Assembly (NCBI GenBank): GCA_026395055.1
Contig: JAPLZK010000003.1
Location: 173,987 to 237,986 of the forward strand
DNA length: 64,000 nt
Direction of reading: 5' to 3'
Source: Candidatus Uhrbacteria bacterium
GTDB taxonomy: Bacteria; Patescibacteriota; Patescibacteriia; UBA9934; GWF2-40-263
Shown: positions 57,918-64,000 of the stretch, one piece after another
Position numbering within the stretch: the first letter of the stretch is position 1
Layout of the letters: each line of letters starts with the position of its first letter
Position numbers and translations under genes: made by a program
The notes under the pieces: model-generated
Told to the model about the DNA's origin: nothing
What the model saw: the letters and a program-made list of their open reading frames with translations, nothing else
Database searches by the model: none

Positions 57918-58550
57918 ATGGCAAACATTATCCCAGGTCGTCTTCGCGGATTTTTGCGCGAACATCTATCCGATGATCACGTGAACAAGATCATGCAGAT
58001 CCTCGCGCCCTTCATGCAAATGACCGAGCAAGATGCATTCGCCTATTCCGCAGAGGTCAATGCAATCGATTTTCGACTCTCGATCTGTATCGAAGCATTA
58101 ACAGGAATCACCTGTTCGGATATTGCTTGCACAAAGATCGATAGTGGTCTCTTGCCCGTTTACATCGGAGATGGCTTAAGAGCTGATCTCTTGAACATGA
58201 ACCCAAAAGACAATCCCGCTGAACAACTTTCGCAGCAAGTACGCGAAGATCTCACGTTCGCTCTCTTGCATAGTTTTCTGAAAGCACTGTGCGAAACCAC
58301 GAACAAGCAAACGGATATCGGGCGTTTCCGACGTCCGAGCGATGATCTGTGGTGGATCATCCACACGTGGATTGCAAGTGAGCTCGTAAATGATCCTTTG
58401 CGAGCAGATCGAAGTCACGCCCTCGAACAACTGGTTGTGCAGGCAAGCAAAGGCTGGATCCCTCTCGGTGTCCACAAAAACAGAGAGACAAATGTTCTCG
58501 TCCTTGGTGGAGCACGTACGTGCTACATCCCTCTCCCTTTCGCCCCCTAA
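57918..58550 (+). CDS. Hypothetical protein, paralog B of a tandem pair
   Basis: AAGGAG ribosome-binding site before the ATG at 57918; shares conserved blocks with paralog A. Confidence 0.5.
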   Translation: MANIIPGRLRGFLREHLSDDHVNKIMQILAPFMQMTEQDAFAYSAEVNAIDFRLSICIEALTGITCSDIACTKIDSGLLPVYIGDGLRADLLNMNPKDNPAEQLSQQVREDLTFALLHSFLKALCETTNKQTDIGRFRRPSDDLWWIIHTWIASELVNDPLRADRSHALEQLVVQASKGWIPLGVHKNRETNVLVLGGARTCYIPLPFAP

Positions 58551-58570
58551 CCAGGGCGATTTTTTCTTTT
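58541..58570 (+). terminator. Rho-independent terminator (stem CGCCC/GGGCG, then T6CT4)
   Basis: Short GC stem followed by a T-run immediately after the paralog B stop. Confidence 0.45.
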
Positions 58571-58647
58571 CATCGATTGACGTATTCCCCAAAATTTGCT
58601 AGTCTTCCCTGTCGCACAGAAACAACAGCGACGAGGAGAAAAGAGAA

Positions 58648-59580
58648 ATGCCCATTTCCTATGGCGAACTGAATGGCCCGCTCATTGGAGCGACCATACG
58701 TGACTGTGTCGTTCGCGCGACCCGACTAATTCGCGACAAGCGATTCACCTTCAAACCCAGGCAAAAAGGGACGAAGGCGGACGGACGCCCGGATTGGGTC
58801 ACAGATGCCGATGAAGATGCTCAAGAGATCTACACAAAGGTCTTGCGTGAGCGCTTCCCACAATTCGGCATCGTTGGCGAAGAAGAAGGCTTACGTATTG
58901 CCTGTACGCATCCCACCGAAGACTTTTGGTTCTCGGTGGATCCGCTTGATGGCACGAGTGCCTACAATCGGTACCAGTCGCACGGCATTGGAACCATGAT
59001 CGCTCTCATGCACGGTAAAAAAGTGATTGCGGTCGCCATCGGTGACATCCTAACCGGAGAGATCTATTACTACAGGCCCGGTTCGCGAAAGACGCACCGA
59101 CTCGACGTTCATCAGAACTCATTTGATCAACGCCTATGGATCAACCCAAAACGTACACTGATCGATCAATACATTCTGTTGCGCGACCCGGTTGAAAAAC
59201 ACTCAGACATGGCTCAGTGCCTCGTTCAGTTGCATCCGCATCCGCTCTTCTACTCGCACGAGATCACCGGCGGTTCGATCGGTATTTCGATGGCACGTCT
59301 TTGGAAAGGCGAAGTCGGAGGCGTGATCCTGCGTCCGGGTAAGCAGACCCCGTGGGATTCCTGCCCCGTGCTCGGTCTCACCAAGCGTCTCGGATTCGTG
59401 TTCTTTGACCTGAATCCTCTCAAAGGAGAGGGTACATACGGTCCATCTCTCCACCAGACGCATCCGGTCCCACAAAAGCACACCTACTCGGTCGGCGTCG
59501 ACACCCTCGTGATTCACAAGAGTCGCATTCCGGAACTCACCGAGTGGTGCACATCGGCAGGTCTCAAGATAGAACTCTAA
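58648..59580 (+). CDS. Inositol monophosphatase / FIG-superfamily phosphatase family protein
   Basis: Metal-binding motifs GEEE...DPLDGT...; AGGAG ribosome-binding site upstream. Confidence 0.7.
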   Translation: MPISYGELNGPLIGATIRDCVVRATRLIRDKRFTFKPRQKGTKADGRPDWVTDADEDAQEIYTKVLRERFPQFGIVGEEEGLRIACTHPTEDFWFSVDPLDGTSAYNRYQSHGIGTMIALMHGKKVIAVAIGDILTGEIYYYRPGSRKTHRLDVHQNSFDQRLWINPKRTLIDQYILLRDPVEKHSDMAQCLVQLHPHPLFYSHEITGGSIGISMARLWKGEVGGVILRPGKQTPWDSCPVLGLTKRLGFVFFDLNPLKGEGTYGPSLHQTHPVPQKHTYSVGVDTLVIHKSRIPELTEWCTSAGLKIEL

Positions 59581-59606
59581 ACCGTCATTCTCGACGGTTT
59601 TTTCTT
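59581..59606 (+). terminator. Rho-independent terminator (ACCGTC-attctc-GACGGT followed by T6)
   Basis: 6-bp stem plus T-run directly after the stop codon. Confidence 0.65.
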
Positions 59607-59628
59607 TTTCCGCTATCCTATCCGCATT

Positions 59629-60465
59629 ATGATGACCATTCTTGATGGCAAAGCGCTTGCGCAAACCATTCGCACAAAAATTAAAGATCGTATTACTGCA
59701 CTCGCGTCTAAACCCGGTCTCGCCATTCTTTTGGTTGGGGAAGATCCCGCTTCACACATCTACGTAAACCTCAAACAAAAAGCGTGTGAAGAAGTCGGAA
59801 TCCATTTTGAAAAACATTTATACGCACAGGATGTCTCAGAAGAAGAACTTATTTCAAAAATACAAGAATTAAACAGCAATCCAGATATTCACGGAATTCT
59901 GGTACAAATTCCGCTTCCAAACCAAAATGCAGATCATGTCATCGAAGCGATCGATCCTGTGAAAGATGTCGACGGATTCCATCCAAGAAACCTTGAGGCA
60001 TTACGTGAAGGAAAACCATCACTTGCGCCCGCTGTCGCTCTCGGCATCCTGAAGCTTATCGATAAGGCGCTCGATGGAAAAAACCGAGCAGGATTACATA
60101 CGACCATCGTCTCAAGTGACTTTTTTGCAGACCCATTACAAATTCTTCTTCGTGAACAACAAATTTCGTCAGACGTTGTTAGACCAACAAATCCTTCCTT
60201 CCAACAAAAAATAGCGGAAGCGGATATTCTCATCATCGCCCTCGGAAGACCGAATTTGATCCACGGTTCCATGATCAAGACAGGAGCCATTCTCATTGAT
60301 GTTGGAACAACAAAAGTACATGGCAGACTTGTTGGTGATATTGAGCGAGCAACCGTTGAACCGGTCGCAGGCGCGCTCTCCCCTGTCCCGGGCGGTGTCG
60401 GACCCATGACCGTCGCCATGCTCCTCTTAAATGTTCTGAACGCATACGGAAAACAAAAGCCCTAA
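59629..60465 (+). CDS. folD: Bifunctional 5,10-methylene-THF dehydrogenase/cyclohydrolase
   Basis: LAILLVGEDPASHIYVNLKQKACEEVGI ... DGFHP ... C-terminal GGVGPMTVAMLL. Confidence 0.95.
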   Translation: MMTILDGKALAQTIRTKIKDRITALASKPGLAILLVGEDPASHIYVNLKQKACEEVGIHFEKHLYAQDVSEEELISKIQELNSNPDIHGILVQIPLPNQNADHVIEAIDPVKDVDGFHPRNLEALREGKPSLAPAVALGILKLIDKALDGKNRAGLHTTIVSSDFFADPLQILLREQQISSDVVRPTNPSFQQKIAEADILIIALGRPNLIHGSMIKTGAILIDVGTTKVHGRLVGDIERATVEPVAGALSPVPGGVGPMTVAMLLLNVLNAYGKQKP

Positions 60466-60467
60466 AA

Positions 60468-60495
60468 CAAAGAAACCCTCGCGGGTTTCTTTTTA
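60468..60495. terminator. Bidirectional rho-independent terminator (GAAACCC-tcgc-GGGTTTC followed by T5)
   Basis: 7-bp stem with flanking A/T runs between the convergent folD and membrane-protein genes. Confidence 0.65.
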
Positions 60496-60501
60496 ATATC
60501 T

Positions 60502-60906
60502 CTATTTTTTTATTTTCGTTTGAACAATCTTTACAACCACTCCTGAGAGAAGAACGGCTAAGAACGAACTCCAGTTTGCTTCTATTTGCGGAAGATTGAT
60601 GATAGAAGTCCAATCGAATCCATACACAAACTTTACCAATATTGCCGCGATTAAAAATGTAAGAAGAATCCATCCAAATGCAACCAAGAATCGATCATTC
60701 CAATCATTTGGACTTTTACGAAAGTATAAATACGAGAAAAGGAAAATCAAGATTGGGTAATACGCATTAAGCGCAACATATAACACACCACTCGTGGTTA
60801 CCGTATACGCAACATATAAAAGAAAAGACCCTGGATACCAAACAAGAAAAAGCAAAAGAAAAAAGAGCACGTAGCGTTTTGTAAAATAATGTTTTAAGAT
60901 TTCCAT
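60502..60906 (-). CDS. Small hypothetical membrane protein
   Basis: Four hydrophobic helices; no homology recognised. Confidence 0.4.
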   Translation of the reverse strand: MEILKHYFTKRYVLFFLLLFLVWYPGSFLLYVAYTVTTSGVLYVALNAYYPILIFLFSYLYFRKSPNDWNDRFLVAFGWILLTFLIAAILVKFVYGFDWTSIINLPQIEANWSSFLAVLLSGVVVKIVQTKIKK

Positions 60907-60915
60907 ATGAAATGA

Positions 60916-62064
60916 TTATACCAAAAATCGGTACAAGGTAAAAATTAATCCTCCAAGAAAAAATAAAATCGCGAGCCAAGAAAATACGTCTGGCAGATTT
61001 AAACAATGATGCTCTCTACAAACAGGCTCTTGTTTCAACTTCAAATAACATAGAACGATAAATATTCCGAGCATTCCTCCAAAGACAGATCCAATAAATC
61101 CAACCAGATCTACGAATTCGCGCACCCCAAACGCAAAGAATAAAAATGGAACGCCAACCGTGAGGGCAAACGCAACCAGCTTAGAACAACGCAGATCGAA
61201 TTTAAACGTGTTTTGAAGGGTGATTCCAAGAAGCATGTAAATGGAAAGAATTGTGATGAGTCCAAGAACAGACGCAATCACACGGAACGATGTTCCAAAA
61301 ACAGAAATGAGTCCATCAAACGCCACACCTGTTGTTGCCACTCCTGTAACCCCAACAACCGCAAAAGAGAAAAACGCATAGAGGAGAACAACGATCGTCA
61401 TTCCAATCAACATTGCTTTTCCTAACTGCTTCTTTGCTCGCATTCCCAAGACATCACGCATCTCTGGAACAATTCCCGTAGAAGAAAGAGCGAAGAGAAT
61501 AATTCCATACGGCAAAAACCATTTTGATGGGTCAATCACTGCCAAGTTCCCAATTTCGATATGCGGAACGGAAAGCGCGATCATGAAAATAAACAAAAAT
61601 AACAACGCGAGAATGACAAAGACCTCAAGTTTAGACGCAAATTGTAAGCCGCGGTAAATAAGAGCTGCGGCGATAATGCCGACGATGTAAGAATAAGGAG
61701 CAGCCGTTCCGCCAAAGACGGGTGACAAAAGAAGAAATAAAAATTTTCCTCCGATAATCATGTAAGCAAGCATGGCACCCCAAACGCTTGCACAAATAGC
61801 TGCCGTACTCAGCCATGACCATTTTTTTCCAAGATAAATTTCCACATATCCAACCAAACGATGCGTTCCTTCTGTTTGTAAGGCAAGTTCCGCATACATG
61901 AACTGAACCATGAGAAGAACGATTCCGATAACCAATAATTCAAGAAGTCCGATGGAAAATCCGCTTTGTGCAAACGCAAATGGAAGTCCAAATACCCCAA
62001 CACCAACAATTCCACCAATCATCATGAAAACGGCGCGTAAAAATTTAAAATCAGGGTGAATCAT
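60916..62064 (-). CDS. Amino-acid permease (Trp/Tyr-permease / AAAP-like transporter)
   Basis: About 11 TM with an N-terminal GxVGxGVFGLPFAF motif typical of aromatic/hydroxy amino-acid permeases; the start was moved to MIHPDFKFL. Confidence 0.6.
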   Translation of the reverse strand: MIHPDFKFLRAVFMMIGGIVGVGVFGLPFAFAQSGFSIGLLELLVIGIVLLMVQFMYAELALQTEGTHRLVGYVEIYLGKKWSWLSTAAICASVWGAMLAYMIIGGKFLFLLLSPVFGGTAAPYSYIVGIIAAALIYRGLQFASKLEVFVILALLFLFIFMIALSVPHIEIGNLAVIDPSKWFLPYGIILFALSSTGIVPEMRDVLGMRAKKQLGKAMLIGMTIVVLLYAFFSFAVVGVTGVATTGVAFDGLISVFGTSFRVIASVLGLITILSIYMLLGITLQNTFKFDLRCSKLVAFALTVGVPFLFFAFGVREFVDLVGFIGSVFGGMLGIFIVLCYLKLKQEPVCREHHCLNLPDVFSWLAILFFLGGLIFTLYRFLV

Positions 62065-62141
62065 AGAGTAATTTTCTCCACAATTATAGCACACCTTATC
62101 CTCTTGTCTCGTATCACGAGCGTGCTAAGATACCGGCATCT

Positions 62142-63662
62142 ATGGCAACACACGAGCGCATTCCCCCTCAAAACCTTGAAGCAGAGCAATCCTTGCTCGG
62201 ATCTCTTTTGATTGACAAAGATGCCATTGTGAAAGTTGCTGATCGCTTACAAGGCGATGACTTTTATCGTCCCGCACACCAATGGGTTTATGAAACCATC
62301 ACAGAATTGTTTGAACGGCATGACCCAATCGACATTCTTTCCTTAGGAAATCGTTTAGAAGAAAAAGGTCAGCTCACGCAGGTGGGTGGACGCGCGTATC
62401 TTGTTGAACTTTCAAACATGGTTCCCACGGCAGCAAACGTTACGCACTACGCAGAGATTGTACAAAAGAAAGCAACGCTGCGTCGCTTGATCACCGCTGC
62501 CACCAACATTTCTCAAATGGGATTTGAAGAGGAAGAAGAAATTGACGCAACGCTTGATGAAGCAGAACGTGCTTTGTTTCACGTTTCAGAAAAATATAAC
62601 AAGAATACATTCGTTTCTATTCGCAGTGTTCTTGATGGTGCCTTTGAACGTATTGATGAACTTCACCGCGATCGCGGCAAGTTGCGCGGAGTTGCAACAG
62701 GTTACACGGCCCTAGATCAAATCCTTGCCGGATTCCAAAAATCCGACCTGATTATTTTGGCTGCGCGTCCTTCTTGCGGAAAAACAGCGTTAGCGCTGGA
62801 CATGGCGCGTCATATTGGTGTGAACATGAAAGTCCCAACCGCCTTCTTCTCCCTAGAAATGAGTAAAGAACAGCTCGTCGACCGTATGATTTGTGCGCAA
62901 GCAAACGTTGATTTGTGGAAGCTTCGTACAGGACGCCTCTCTGATAAAGCAGACGACTTTCCAAAAATCGCGGATGCGCTTGGTAAATTATCCGAAGCTC
63001 CCATTTTCATTGACGACAGTGCAAACTTAAACATCATGCAGCTCAGAACAAAGGCTCGTCGATTAAAAACAGAACATGGGCTTGGCATGATCGTTGTCGA
63101 CTACTTACAGCTCATGGAAGGGAGATCCAAAAAGTCTCAAGAAAACCGTGTGCAAGAAGTTGCGGAAATTTCTCGTGGACTCAAACAGATCGCCAAAGAA
63201 TTAGACGTTCCTGTTCTTGCCCTCGCTCAGCTCTCGCGTGCCGTTGAGTTAACAAAGCCCGCAATCCCAAAACTTTCACACTTGCGTGACTCTGGATCTA
63301 TTGAGCAAGACGCAGACGTTGTCATGTTTATTTACCGCAAAGCCGCAGACAAAAACTTCCGCGAAGAAGACTTGGCACCGGAAGACAAGAACATCGCGGA
63401 AATTCACATTGCAAAACATCGTAACGGACCAACGGGCATGATCCGACTCTTTTTTGAAAAAGAGCGCGCGTCGTTTCGCAATTTAGATGGACAAGGAGGA
63501 AGCTATACAGGCGGAGGCGGATCAGGTTCCTCAAACACCAACGGATTTGCTCCTTACGCAACCGCACAAAATAAACCCGCTCACGCTCCACTCGGACAAC
63601 CCGGAGGAGGTGCCAATGTCATGGCTCCCCCACCAATTGATGCAAACCCAGGAGCACGGTAA
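62142..63662 (+). CDS. dnaB: Replicative DNA helicase DnaB with a Gly/Pro-rich C-terminal extension
   Basis: N-terminal domain PPQNLEAEQSLLGSLL, Walker A ARPSCGKTALALDMA, RecA-like core; a roughly 55-aa low-complexity tail. Confidence 0.95.
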   Translation: MATHERIPPQNLEAEQSLLGSLLIDKDAIVKVADRLQGDDFYRPAHQWVYETITELFERHDPIDILSLGNRLEEKGQLTQVGGRAYLVELSNMVPTAANVTHYAEIVQKKATLRRLITAATNISQMGFEEEEEIDATLDEAERALFHVSEKYNKNTFVSIRSVLDGAFERIDELHRDRGKLRGVATGYTALDQILAGFQKSDLIILAARPSCGKTALALDMARHIGVNMKVPTAFFSLEMSKEQLVDRMICAQANVDLWKLRTGRLSDKADDFPKIADALGKLSEAPIFIDDSANLNIMQLRTKARRLKTEHGLGMIVVDYLQLMEGRSKKSQENRVQEVAEISRGLKQIAKELDVPVLALAQLSRAVELTKPAIPKLSHLRDSGSIEQDADVVMFIYRKAADKNFREEDLAPEDKNIAEIHIAKHRNGPTGMIRLFFEKERASFRNLDGQGGSYTGGGGSGSSNTNGFAPYATAQNKPAHAPLGQPGGGANVMAPPPIDANPGAR

Positions 63663-63700
63663 AATGTTTTCGCTAAGCCTATCTGATAATAATCAAACCT

Positions 63701-64000
63701 ATGTTCTCCAAACTGAAACAGTTCAAAGATCTCAAGCAACAAGCAAAGACCATGGAATCTGAACTCGCAACCGTTATTTCAGAAGGTGAGGCGGCTTGGG
63801 GTAAAGTCAAAGTAACCGTCAACGGAAACCGCGACATGATCGGATGCAGCATTGATCCAACCATGACAGCAGATCTTCCAAAACTTCAAGAAGCCCTATG
63901 TGAAGCACACAAAGACGCCATTAAAAAAATGCAATTTAAACTCGCAAAGAAAGTACAAGAAATGGGTGGATTAGATATGTTGAAGAATTTGGGAGGCTAA
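63701..64000 (+). CDS. ybaB: Nucleoid-associated protein YbaB/EbfC
   Basis: 99 aa; KQAQKMQ..., GKVKVTVNGN ... matches the YbaB family. The stop is exactly at the window end. Confidence 0.8.
   Translation: MFSKLKQFKDLKQQAKTMESELATVISEGEAAWGKVKVTVNGNRDMIGCSIDPTMTADLPKLQEALCEAHKDAIKKMQFKLAKKVQEMGGLDMLKNLGG

Noticed and set aside
1-64000. CRISPR arrays, IS elements or transposases, and integrases
   Set aside because: There are no short direct repeats with regular spacers and no transposase or integrase-like ORFs. The only periodic repeats are the coding Cys-rich repeats.

Overview
This is a densely packed bacterial chromosomal segment of about 47-50% GC, almost entirely housekeeping genes, and most likely from a small-genome uncultivated lineage of the CPR/Patescibacteria type. 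The lineage call is an inference from reduced domain architectures: an RpoA without its alpha-CTD, an AlaRS without its C-Ala domain, and a PriA with a dead ATPase. No rRNA, tRNA, CRISPR array or obvious transposase was seen.

Main content, in order:
- gltX, a TagA/WecG-type glycosyltransferase and clpB, the last preceded by a perfect CIRCE/HrcA operator.
- A secreted protein, a LigB/MEMO-like protein, and priA-def-fmt.
- A five-gene surface-polysaccharide cluster: O-antigen ligase/polymerase-like protein, GT2, GT2, GT4 and a Wzx flippase.
- A minus-strand ribosomal/translation operon (infA-rpmJ-rpsM-rpsK-rpsD-rpoA-rplQ-rplM-rpsI) with a consensus sigma70 promoter and a terminator.
- alaS, split by a single in-frame TAA next to an A10 run.
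- murJ, a thrombospondin-type-3/PKD surface protein, a PduL-like phosphotransacylase, RNA methyltransferases, era, a thioredoxin-like protein and mnmA.
- The most unusual locus: a four-gene minus-strand operon of a large membrane protein, a VirD4/TraD/HerA-like ATPase with a zinc ribbon and a long Pro/Val/Glu-rich tail containing a KRKRKRKRKKK run, an alpha/beta hydrolase and a SAMHD1-like HD dNTPase.
- secDF, where SecD carries a tandem parvulin (PpiC) insertion, then a HAD hydrolase, a cupin, a small zinc-ribbon ORF and a ParB-like protein.
- secA, hpf and murB.
- Two adjacent lipoproteins built from about 16 copies each of a C-D-D-G-N-x-C-T-x-D-x-C motif.
- A YfiH/PgeF-like protein, murC, a GC-rich hypothetical, glyA, rdgB, two tandem paralogous hypotheticals, an IMPase-family protein, folD, a permease, dnaB with a Gly/Pro tail, and ybaB.

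Several rho-independent terminators and sigma70-like promoters are directly visible in the intergenic regions.
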